Shown in pieces: positions 12,795 to 24,186 of a stretch of DNA of 60,845 nt (position 1 is the stretch's first letter; every line of letters starts with the position of its first letter). The notes under the pieces were generated by a model. That model ran no database searches, was not told the DNA's origin, and saw only the letters and a program-made list of their open reading frames with translations. Location: the NCBI RefSeq assembly GCF_006345805.1, contig NW_021834465.1, positions 1 through 60,845 on the forward strand, in the 5' to 3' direction. This DNA comes from Octopus sinensis. Lineage: Eukaryota. A program made the position numbers and the translations under genes.

Positions 12795-13709
12795 GATGGC
12801 CGTCCACTCGTGACCGAGGAAGACCATTGCTGACCTTTAGGAACATTGTGCGCTCTAGGACTAACTTATATTTTGCATTTGCGGTTCCGTTGGTGGCTAA
12901 TGAACCCTGCTCTTGACAGAGAACACACGACTGAAAACATTGTAAACCAAGCTTTCTCCATTCACTACACTAGCAGTGCGCCTTCGAGCCACACGCTTAA
13001 ATCCTTCAAGCAGAATACGTGCTCTCTCAAAGGTGTCGACCCCCTCCTTAACCTACTTCCTCCATCTGTAGCGATGACAGGCATCATTCTCCCACAAGGC
13101 GGCGAGCTGGCAGAACCGTTAGCCCGCCGGGCGAAATGCGTAGCCGTATTTCGTCTGCCGTTACGGTTTGAGTTCAAATTCCGCCGAGGTCGACTTTGCC
13201 TTTCATTCTTTCGGGGTCGAATAAATAAGTACCAGTTACGCACTGGAGTCGATATAATCAACTTAATCCGTTTTGTCTGTCCTTGTTTGTCCTCTCTGTG
13301 TTTAGCCCCTTGTGGGTAGTAAAGAAATAGGTATTATTCTCCCAGTCGGTCTCCTGCATATCACAGGCCATTAATGATAACTTGACACAGTCCTTAAATC
13401 GCAGCTTTGGTTTCTGCCGGGGGTATCTTTCCCCTAACAAGTTCCCCATTTAGCATCTGTTTAGGGATCCTGCTATCCTTCATTTTAATAAGGTGTCCAG
13501 GCCAATGTAACCGGTGCTTGAGCACCATGGCCTGTGTACCGTGCATGTGTACTGAAATCGCTCCTTTACTCTTGTGAGACATGGACCCTTTACAAAGGGT
13601 CCTTGAACGCTTTCATCATAGATGTCTGAGCCACATTCTGAATGTTGGCTGGACCTTAAAAACTCCTGACACACAGGTCCTGAGGAAAGCTGATATCTTG
13701 AGTATTGAG
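12795..13709 (-). mobile_element. RTE-clade LINE 3' portion with 5' inversion and 12-bp TSD
   Basis: The minus part reads AMVLKHRLHWPGHLIKMKDSRIPKQML.GEL..G..KPKLRFKDCVK...ETDWENDACHRYRWRK. The inverted plus part 13533-13709 reads VYRACVLKSLLYSCETWTL...LERFHHRCLSHILNVGW...ILSIE. TSD ACATGCATGGAT is at 12783-12794 and 13710-13721. Confidence 0.9.
13095..13335 (+). mobile_element. Full-length tRNA-derived SINE family B inserted in the RTE, with 9-bp TSD
   Basis: A-box-like TGGCAGAACCGT and B box GAGTTCAAATTCC, then the central domain GGTCGACTTTGCCTTTCATTCTTTCGGGGTCG and tail GCCCCTTGTGGGTAGTAAAGAAAT. TSD ATTCTCCCA is at 13086-13094 and 13336-13344. Confidence 0.92.
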
Positions 13710-13757
13710 ACATGCATGGATACATTCATATATACATACAAACATACATACATACAT

Positions 13758-14240
13758 AAACACCAACTCAAGGAATACATCTGTCAAATGTAAACATAAC
13801 AGGGTATTGCTGTTTGAGGGCAGAAGGGCAAAGGTATGTACCATCATAGAGGTCAGCTGCCATACAGATATAAATATCTCTTTGAAAATCAAAGAAAAAA
13901 AGGATATCTATGGACAACTGCTTCGAAACCTCCAGCTTCTATATCCAGACTATGAATTCATATTCATACCAATAATAATTAGAGCACTAGGTTTTGTTAG
14001 AAAATGCCTAAAGGAGAATCTGGATAAACTGGGATTTTCAGAAAGAGAAATCGACCGGCTGATTCGTACATTATAAGTGCAATCTGTGAGTGGAACAGTA
14101 AAAATATGCAAGACTTTTTCAAGTTCCAAATGTCAATAAGTCTGTGTTAACTACATCCTAAAGATGGATCTCTGTGTCTTTGTTGGAAATCGGTTTCCTC
14201 CTCAGTGGAAGATTTATAACAATTAAAAAAATAGAAGTGA
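13758..14240 (+). mobile_element. R4-clade RLE LINE 3' end, (CATA)n-associated subfamily, copy 1
   Basis: Translates TSVKCKHNR...VCTIIEVSC.TDINISLKIKEKKDIYGQLLRNLQLLYPDYEFIFIPIIIRALG...SVSGTVKICKTF. (CATA)n lies on both sides. Confidence 0.88.
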
Positions 14241-14429
14241 TATATATGCATACATACATACATGCATTCATACATACATACATCAATATATATACACACA
14301 CACACACACATATATGTAAAGGGTGTGCCGTATTCATTCATACATCACGTTTGAAGTAATTTGTCGGCGGAGAGGGAAAGGGAAGACGAAACAAGAAAAT
14401 CGGGGGGGGGGGGTAAACGCGAAGGATAA

Positions 14430-14430
14430 T

Positions 14431-14521
<91 letters not shown>

Positions 14522-14638
14522 TAGTAGTAGTGGCATCAGCAGCAGCAGCAGTAGTAGTAGTAGTAGTAGTAGTAGTATCAGCATCAGCAGCATCAGTAGT
14601 AGTAGTAGTAGTAGTAGTAGTATCAGCATCAGCAGCAT

Positions 14639-14674
<36 letters not shown>

Positions 14675-14735
14675 TAGTAGTAGTATCAGCATCAGCAGCA
14701 GCAGCAGTAGTAGTAGTAGTAGTAGTAGTAGAAAA
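14430..14735. repeat. (GTA)n/(GCA)n compound trinucleotide array
   Basis: Direct inspection. Confidence 0.95.
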
Positions 14736-15124
14736 AGAAGAACTACAACAACAACAACGTCGGCATCAACGACGTCGACGACGTCGACAGCAAGAATGAT
14801 TAGAGGAAAGAAAGAAGACAAAGAGAAAGAAGACCCCCTCCCCTCAAAAAAAGTTGGGAAAGTGATTGTTACTGTTGCTGTTATTGTTGTTTAGCCCTAG
14901 GTCTGTCCTAATGGAAGCCTCAAGGAAACTTCCAACAATGGCCATTCCATCTAGGCTTCCAAACGTAAAATTTCTACGACTTGACATTTTCGACATTTTC
15001 GCTGGGAGTGATATGAGGGAGTGTCGGCTGCTACTTCTAGCAGAATGGTAATAGGGGTGACGTTGGTTAACCCCCAGGTCAAGCCTGATCTAGTAGACTC
15101 AGGATCAAAGGGATTCCTGTGGTG

Positions 15125-15360
15125 ACAGTAGTGGTGGTGGTGGTGGTGGTGCCTGCAGGTTTTAGAGGTGGTGATAGTGGTGGCGTTATAGGTGGTGGTG
15201 GTGGTAGTGGTGGTGGTGGTGGTGGTGGTGGTGGTGGTGGTGGTGGTAGTGGTGGTAGTGGTGGTGGTGGTGGTGGTGGTGGTGGGGTGGTGATTATTGT
15301 AATGGTAGAGTTTGTTGATGTTAGTTGTGGTAGTGGTGGTGGTGGTAGTAGTGATGGCGG
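15125..15360. repeat. (GGT)n microsatellite
   Basis: Direct inspection. Confidence 0.95.
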
Positions 15361-16087
15361 TGCGTCGCTGTTTATTCAATTCATGGACGATATGTCAATT
15401 AGTCGGCTCAATAGCCACGTAATCACGGTTCACCGGGCACATATTCAACTACTACCTCTCTCTCTGAAAACACACATTGTGTATATATATATATGCGTGC
15501 GTGTGTATTTGTGTGTGTATGTGTGAGTGTGCTTGAGTTTATATGCGTGTGTGACTCTCACACCTCCTTTCCGCAGGAGCACTACGACGGCACCGTCTCC
15601 TAAGCGTATCGTCCACTCTGTGTCTGTCAGTCTGTCTGTCTCTGTCTCTGTCTGTCTGTCTGTCTGTCTCTCTGTCTCTCTCTCTCCCTCTCTCTCTCTT
15701 TATGTACTTTTCTCAACTCCCTCACTACTCGTCTGTTTCCCTCCTCTCCCACTCTCACACTCAAACTCACGCTCACACACTCGCACAAGCAGTTAAAATT
15801 TTCCTCACACACTCTACACGCACACACACATACACACACATGTACACGACTCAATGAATTTCCCGCAAGGGTGCCTCGGTGTGGTTGTTCGTCCTACGAG
15901 AAACAGCAACCAAATATCCCTCAAAAAGAAGTTGAGCACATATAATAATATAGACCGAGGTAAACTATGCCACCAGTAAGACGTAGCTGTCATGAGCAGA
16001 GCGCTTTTGATTATTGGTCTGATCACAGGACGAAACAACAACATAGATGGGCATCACACAGTCACACACCACACACACTCATATATA

Positions 16088-16252
16088 GGTGCAGGAGTGG
16101 CTGTGTGGTAAGTAGCTAGCTTACCAACCGCATGGTTCCGGGTTCAGTCCCACTGCGTGGTAACTTGGGCAAGTGTCTTCTACTATAGCGTCGGGCCGAC
16201 CAAAGCCTTGTGAGTGGATTTGGTAGACGGAAAATGAAAGAAGCCTGTCGTA

Positions 16253-16339
<87 letters not shown>

Positions 16340-16783
16340 GAGGATAATATCGATATTTAAGTGTCGAAATTATCAAGTGGCCAGCATGAAAGAAATACCT
16401 TACAAAGGTAAAAAAATTTTTAACAATTAAAAATGAGGGTGTCTAAAAGACACCAACATGCCGAAATAGCAGTCGAAACACTGACTATAGTACCACGTTA
16501 AATGTTCATATCGCACCATGAGGTAAAGCGGAGGGACAAAACATATATATATATATATACTTTATTTAAGGCAGCAGAAAATTCAACAAAACCTGTTACT
16601 CTGAGTTTCACGTTGCCGTTCATCGGACAGTTTTTGTATGTGTGTGTATATGTTTGTGTGTCTGTGTTTGTCCCCCCAACATCGCTCGACAACCGATGCT
16701 GGTGTGTTTACGGCCCCGTAACTTAACGGTTCGGCAAAAAGAAACCGATAGAATAAGTACTAGGCTTCCAAAGAATAAGTCAC
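16088..16783 (+). mobile_element. SINE family A interrupted in its central microsatellite by a ~300-bp insert
   Basis: Head at 16088-16260, (TA)n, foreign block at about 16340-16635, tail half at 16640-16783. Confidence 0.85.
16598..16631 (-). ncRNA. Minimal hammerhead-ribozyme-like motif (U4>C variant)
   Basis: The minus strand reads ACTGT-CCGATGA-ACG-GCAA-CGT-GAAAC-TC-AGAGT. Confidence 0.4.
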
Positions 16784-16852
16784 TTTGTTCATCAGTCTCA
16801 TTTCAGTTTTTTGTTGCACGATCCCTTATTCCAGGCATTGTCTTTAATTGAT

Positions 16853-17055
16853 TTCAAATTTGCTACAACTTTAGCAATTCCGGGGTTCATTACATTGACC
16901 CCAGTGTTCAACTGGTATTTATTTCATCGACCGATATCGAAAGAATGAAAGGCAAAGTCCACCCCTGCAGCATTTGAACACAGAACGTAGAGTCAGAAGA
17001 AATGCCACTAAACATTTATCCCGGCGCGGTTAACGATTCTGCCAGCTCATCGTTT
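16853..17055 (-). mobile_element. Diverged SINE family B
   Basis: The plus strand shows GAAAGAATGAAAGGCAAAGTC and ACCCCAGTGTTCAACTGGTATTTATTTCATCGACC, the reverse complement of the family B domain. Confidence 0.75.
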
Positions 17056-17295
17056 TACCATTACCTTTAATTAACTTCCAATGGATGCATACCTGTATTT
17101 AAGCCTGCATATTTTTATATATATACCTGTTATTTTACCTATATTTTAATATCGTACGATGGTATTCGCTTGCAAAGATTTACGTCTAAGTGTGTATGTA
17201 CCTGCAGCTGCATATCAAACTTCTATTTTTTTTAATATATACATATGTAACGAGTATGTAGATATTTCTATATTTGGGCGTATGTATATTTGGGA

Positions 17296-17328
<33 letters not shown>

Positions 17329-17474
17329 CATATATATATACATATATATGTATATTTGGGAATATATATATACATATATGTATATATATACATATATATA
17401 TACATACATATATATATATATGTATGTATATATATATGTATATATATACATATATATATTCCCATATATATATG

Positions 17475-17508
<34 letters not shown>

Positions 17509-17559
17509 TGTATGTATGTATGTATGTATGTATGTATGTATGTATGTATGTATGTATAT

Positions 17560-17775
17560 AAAATACACAAATAGGACAAGAACGCAAATCATCCAGACAG
17601 TTAGGTGAAACAAAAAAATGGAGGGAAAACAAAATATCCAGACAGACAATACAAGGAAAACAAGGACGGATCATTCGAAGTTTTCTATCCTCAGTTGAGT
17701 TCCAGATTATCTTTGCAATTTCACCAGCTTTGCTAAAGACAGGAGTCAAGACACTCCGAAACCTCAAAAGTTAAC
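17560..17775. mobile_element. Unclassified repeat P1 (Penelope-like terminal-repeat remnant?)
   Basis: CATCCAGACAGAC..TACAAGGAAAACAAGGACGG.TCATTCG.AGTTTTCT is shared with 48905-49030 (opposite strand) and with both arms at 54550-54857. It is followed by a degenerate hammerhead-like motif. Confidence 0.5.
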
Positions 17776-18439
17776 ACGCTTGATTCTCCTCATTCAAGTT
17801 TATTAGTAACAAACTCTTATATATCACTCTCTGTGTTTGTTTCAGTACCTCAGCCGCACTTAAAAAAAACAAAAACAAAACGAATCAAGTGAATGCAAAT
17901 TGTTTTTTTGTAAAAGTATACAAAGAACATTAATACTGATAAGCTGTATTAATGTTAGTGGCCTCAAGCTAAAACCGTATAGGCAAAATTAATAGATGTG
18001 TATAAAACAATTATATATAACAAGGGCGTTTTTTCCTAAAGATAGGAGTCAAAACATTCTGAAGCCACAAAAGTTAACACTATATTTTCACAGACATGGT
18101 TGTATATGCGTGTATATGTGCTTGTTGTATATTTGTTTATATATGGCAATATGTATGTACTGATATGCTTCGTATGTGTGCATGACTACGTATTTTCATT
18201 CTTTGCGTGTGTGTGTGTGTGTGTAGCAGTGAATCTTAAAAGCACTAAAATATTTCAAACCAACACGTACAAGTAACTCATTTCCGTCATCTTACTTCGT
18301 CCTTGTTCTTTTCGCCCTTATTCCATTTTCCTCTTCATGCCGGTTCCTCGTTTGGTTTTTTCTTTTCCTTAGCAATAAATATCCCAGCTTTCGGCGCGGT
18401 GACTGCCTATTATTAACATAGAATCTACTGCAGCCGCTA

Positions 18440-19443
18440 CAAGATTTTCATATCTCCACTCCTGTATGTGCTTTTCCCCCTTGCTTGTAGGTCCATTCGG
18501 TGTATGAGGGAGTTTGTCAGTGTTGCCCTCATTTGTACCTCATGCCTGGCCGTTGGTTCATCTGGTACCGTGGACAGGAGAATGTCCAGTTCATTTCTGA
18601 AGACATATATGTCCACACTATTTAGGGTTATTAATTATTTTGGCAGGGCATTGAAGAACTGTGGGCCTTTGAACCCTAAACTATTGCAGTATCTGGTCTT
18701 GACTTTAGATGGGGTAGACCGTACCTTTGGTACAATGCAATAGCGTCCATTTCGGATATTATCATAGCATTCGATGCCGAAATTAGGTACTTGCCCTTCC
18801 AGAATTTTCCATATTACTATATATCTGTCGCGTCCTCGCTCCAGGAAGTAAATTTGATCTTTTTTCAGCTTTTCCCTGTAGTTCGCCTGCTGAACTGTTA
18901 CAATCTTGTTAGACCAATATTGTTGGACCACTTCAAGCTTCGCCGTTAGCTTGACACTATGTGATGGCCATAGCTAGGAGTAGTAGTCCAGGTGTCTGAC
19001 AACGAAAGTCCTCTCCAGGATCAACATGGCTTCTCGGTCTCTTGTCTTGAAGGACCTTAGCATCCATTCTGCCAGTTGGTTGCCATTTTGGTAATCTGCA
19101 TATTAAATCATGCATAATTACATATAATGACCCCAAATCTATGATTCTGGGATTGAAGTGCCTTCATGTCCTGTATATGCAGGTCGCGGTGCATTTGTGA
19201 GCTAATAGTGCTGTGTTTGAAATTATGCAGCACTAAACTGCAAGTTGCTTTCTACAGCCCACTTCTATATTGCACTTAGGTCCCGCTATAAGCTTGCAAC
19301 ATTGTCAGGGTTCTTTATTGCCTGTGATAACTTTGTATAATCAGTGTAGTTAGTGAGAGTAGCTGTCTGAATGACCATGAGTATGTCTAAGAGAGCTACT
19401 ATAAACAATAATGGCCCCGAATACGGTTCCCTGAGGGACGTCA
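18440..19443 (-). mobile_element. Degraded CR1-group LINE, 3' half of RT and C-terminus
   Basis: The minus strand reads DVPQGTV(F)GPLLF, a degenerate YADDTK (YTDYTK), and LERGRDRY..IWKILEGQVPNFGIECY...YCNSLGFKGPQFFNALPK. Confidence 0.88.
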
Positions 19444-19470
19444 CTTAAGAGAGTGCATCATATATATAAA

Positions 19471-19509
<39 letters not shown>

Positions 19510-19732
19510 TATATAATATATATATGTGTGTGTGTGTGTTGTGTGTGTGTGTGTGTGTGGTATGTATGTATGTATGCATGTATGTATGTATGTATGTATG
19601 TATGTATGTATGTATGTATGTATGTATGTATGTATGTGTGTGTGTTTATTTGTATGTATAGGTATATCCTTCTCTTTCCCAATCGGTATCACTTCCTACC
19701 TCTGACTCTTTTTCACATTCAGTCTCTCTCGA

Positions 19733-19771
<39 letters not shown>

Positions 19772-20870
19772 TTTTATGTTTTGTATATGTTTTATATTAT
19801 ATATGTATGCATTCTATTATACATACTATTAGATTATATATAACATATGTATTGTATTATATCATTAAATATATGATATATATTATATTACACACACATA
19901 CATATATGAACAGAGAGAGAGAGAGAGAGAGAGAGATAGAAACTCCGACGCAAGCTAACAAACACACCACACAAATATATATATCGTTTATTGTTTAACT
20001 CGTTCAGAAATATAAAAAAATTCATAAAAGGGCCTAACCCACGGCAACTCTACCTCAATTCTCATGGCACCCACAGTTCTAATTTTTTTTGTTACACTCA
20101 CCTTCAATCGCATTCTCTCCCTGTCTCTCTTTCACCTTCTCTTAACTCCATTTTAACTTTCTCTCCTCATCTTTTCCATCTAGTTTTCTGACTGCCCCTT
20201 TCTCTTTACAGTTTTTTTTTTTGCTTCTCTTCCTCTCTCTTCCTTCCCACTTCTTACCGTCACTCTCTTCTTTCCTTCTGTCCCCTTCTCTCTCTCTCTC
20301 TGTCTATATATCTATCTCCCTCTCTGAACATCTGGAGTGGTGAGGCGTTTTCTTCTTTCTTTCTATGAAGCAGACGATACCGTAAACAATTTGTCGGCCA
20401 TATTGTTCTATACAGACGACGTAATCGGCTGGAAAGAAGGAGTTTCCTGAAGTAGGAAAAAATTACAAGTAAAGAAATGAAAAATGATTGAATAAATCAG
20501 AGTAAATTATATTCAATTAGATATGTTTATGTACATGTAGGGTTTTCAATGTGCAGAGTATGTACGCTTGTAGTCGTATGGGTGCTTTTGCTGTGTGCGT
20601 GCCTTTTTTGTTTGCCTCTGTGTGTGCGCGTTTGCGCGTATGTGTGTGCGCGTTTGCGCGTATGTGTGTGCGCGTGCTTGCTTGTGTGTATATATGTGTA
20701 TGTGTGTGTGTGTGTGTTTGTATGTGTGTGTGTCCATGAATAAATATGATTATATGCATACGCTCATATATATATGTATGTATGTGTATGGATGTGTGTA
20801 TATATGTATATAGATATGTATATATGAATATATATGCATGATTACATATATATGTATGTATGTATGTATG

Positions 20871-20950
<80 letters not shown>

Positions 20951-21383
20951 ATAGATAGATAGATAGACAGGCAAACATACAGACATATAGAAAGAGTGAG
21001 AAAGAGATAGAGAGAGGGGGATAGCGGGATCTAATGAGGAGAGAATTCAATGCACATGTACGTATTATTTTTATTATTTTTAATCGGTAGAGATTTACAA
21101 ATATGCCTCAAAGATAAAAACTTTTAATCCTGTAGCTACATTCATAACTTTCTGCTGATTATATTTACTAAAACGTGTCTGTGTGTAAGCGAGTGTTTGT
21201 GTTTCTCTAAATTGCTAGAGAGATCGATAGACAATGGTAAGGGTATATTTATGTGCATTTATTTATATGTGTGTGTGTATGTGTGTGAGCGTGTGTGTGT
21301 GCGTTTCAAGATAGCTAGCGTAAAGGATCTATAGTGGTAGATATATTTGTTCTATATATGTCTATGTGTTGTATATGTGTATA

Positions 21384-21438
<55 letters not shown>

Positions 21439-21458
21439 GTGTGTGTGTGAGTTCGATC

Positions 21459-21616
21459 TTCTTCAAAGACGCATAAAGATTCTGTCATTTTTTACAACAA
21501 CTAGAGGAAGAACGGATGATTTTAGAAGGTAGAGAAGTCGTATTCCTCGCCGTCAACATCACCTTCCTCATTATCGTTTTCGTCTTCGTCTCCAACTTCA
21601 TCAACAATTTTATTAT
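21459..21616. repeat. About 150-bp dispersed direct repeat, copy 1 (copy 2 at 23401-23532)
   Basis: Shared TTCTTCAAAGACGCATAAAGATTCTGTCATTTTT...CAACTTCATCAACAATTTT; copy 2 has internal deletions. Confidence 0.85.
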
Positions 21617-21671
21617 TGTTCTATATATACCTATGTTTTGCATATGTGTATAATGTGTGTGTGTGTGTATA

Positions 21672-21716
<45 letters not shown>

Positions 21717-22922
21717 GTACTTGCATGTTTCCGTACAACAGTTTCATACTCGAACATAGAAAGTAATACCAACCAAAATGTCATTAACTGTAATTGTAGC
21801 AATAGTTGTTTGTGTCCCATGGATCACTAGTGAATTAGTAAATGTGTCATTTAACTAGAGATGAATAATGAAACATTTTAATATATCGGTTTAATAGCAA
21901 GCTCATCTAAAATATCGACTTTTCCAGTACATGAACTCTCTCTGACAAAGAAAGCACTAGCTTACACTGCCAGAAGCAATTGTAATGAGGTAACGTAATG
22001 ACTTCTCCTCAGAAACATTATCACTTCTCCACAGAATCATAACGGATACTAGCAGGGAATTTTAACTTAGAAGAGGAGAACGGACAATCCAATACACTAT
22101 TCGGTCGATTGTGTCACCTCGCTGCATTACATCATATGTGTAATAAATTATTTCATCTGCTGTGGGATGTAGTGCATAATTACAAGCAATAATTTTACAT
22201 CATCTTTTAACAAAAATGATACCTGAAATTGTTTGATCATAAAAGATTCTAAAACTTATTTTTCGAAATGGCTTATTGATATCGATCTTGAAATAAAGGC
22301 TCGATATCATATGTTAATTCCTACCATCCCACTACGACCACAAAAAGGAGAAATATAGGAAGTCTAGTGGCATCTATGTGGTGAGTTTACGTTACCATAC
22401 GACACCGACCTGATCTAAAGGTCGTCGAAAAGTTGACCTTAAACTGTCAACTTTAAAACCGCTTTCAACATGGTGTTTTTTATGATGTAATAGAGACTTT
22501 ATATGACATATCACATTGCTGATTTGCCGTGTCCTCTGTCAAAAAAAAAAAAAAGAAAGAAAAAGAAAAGAAAACAAAGAAAAGAAACAAACAAGCAAAA
22601 GAGCCGAACGTAAAATAGAAAACAACTTGAAGATACAACCAACACAACCAGTGAAAAATGAATTACCATTCTGGAAAATGACTCGATGATTATTTGACTC
22701 GATGACTCTCAGATCAGTGATCTTTTTAGATGTATTGTCAAGGCAGTAATCTTGACCATATCAGCTGTAAGTTCTAACCCTATGACTTCTGTCAAAGACG
22801 GTCTAATTTAGTGTCTTCCGCCAATAATTTTTTTTTACGCCCGCATCTGACAAAATGTTATGGCGTTAGAGGTGGGATCGGAAAAGATGAGAAAAAGTAA
22901 GAAATAAAAATATGATAAAAAA

Positions 22923-22957
<35 letters not shown>

Positions 22958-23533
22958 CTTTTACAGAAGGCTTAATGTAAATAAATACATATATATATAT
23001 ACATATATATATATATATTATATATATAATATAATATATATATATATATAATATATTATTTATTACATAAGCCTTCTGTAAAAGTTTTGTGGATGATGAT
23101 GATGATGATGACGACGACAACAACAATTCCGAAGGTTTTGCTGAAAGTCAATATTGTATGATAGCCGCAAAACGACTGAGGTTTGCTCGGAACCAAGACG
23201 TGTCGGGTTATTTACAGAATGACAATACTCAACGCTTGTACATCTTTCGGATTTATTGCAAAAATATTTTGATACTAACTTTAGGACAGGCTGAACTTAA
23301 TAAAAAGAAAGAACCCCCCCAAAAAAATGGAAGTAAGAAGACTCAGTATCTACGATGTGGCCGTGGTTCAATCAGTCATAAGACTAGCATCAGTTTCACC
23401 TTCTTCAAAGACGCATAAAGATTCTGTCATTTTTGGTAACAACTAGAAGAAGAACGGAGGATTTTAGAAAGTAGAGACATCACCTTTCTCATTATCATTT
23501 TCGTCACCAACTTCATCAACAATTTTATTATTA

Positions 23534-23602
<69 letters not shown>

Positions 23603-23603
<1 letters not shown>

Positions 23604-24064
23604 TGAGTGAGAGAGCAATGCATGCCATCAAAATGACACTGGGACAACATATACGAAACCCAGTATACCCATCATGAGTACTCGTCTGATAAGGGTACAT
23701 CAGGTACATGCATCACAACCGTATGTGCGCAACATGTTGATCTCATATCTTAATAAACAGCACATGACCTTGCAGGTGGGGCCTAGTTAGAATTTTCTTC
23801 TGGTCGACTAGCCCATCCCGCTGAAAATGTCCTTGAATAAGGGTTGTTTAAGGATGTTGATCGAAACATCCATGTTTCCAAAGATGAATTATCAAAACCC
23901 CAAAGAATCCCTCTTAACACATGACTATGATGCTCCCCATCTACTTCTGCTCGAGATCAGAGATGCACATATCGTCAGCCACTAAGGGACATGGTCAACT
24001 GGTTAAGGTCAAACAACTGACAAGCAAGTCTGTGGTACTGAGCAGAATATTTGCTGTAGCAAAT
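23603..24064 (-). mobile_element. About 460-bp non-coding element with (TAA)n tail, embedded in TAA/GAA repeats
   Basis: On the minus strand it begins after (TAA)n(GAA)n and ends CTCTCTCACTCAG-(TAA)n. No meaningful ORF was seen. That it is a mobile element is an inference. Confidence 0.5.
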
Positions 24065-24092
24065 TCTTCTTCTTCTTCTTCTTCTTCTTCTT

Positions 24093-24186
<94 letters not shown>

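Noticed and set aside
11726-12846. Long MDGW/HPSI/YIHT ORFs as proteins
   Set aside because: They are pure translations of (CCAT)n and (CATA)n in several frames on both strands.
14323-15526. Poly-Val/Leu/Gly/Thr ORFs
   Set aside because: Trinucleotide microsatellite artefacts.
15883-16039. MITE with 12-13-bp terminal inverted repeats
   Set aside because: The short imperfect IR has no TSD and no second copy in the window.
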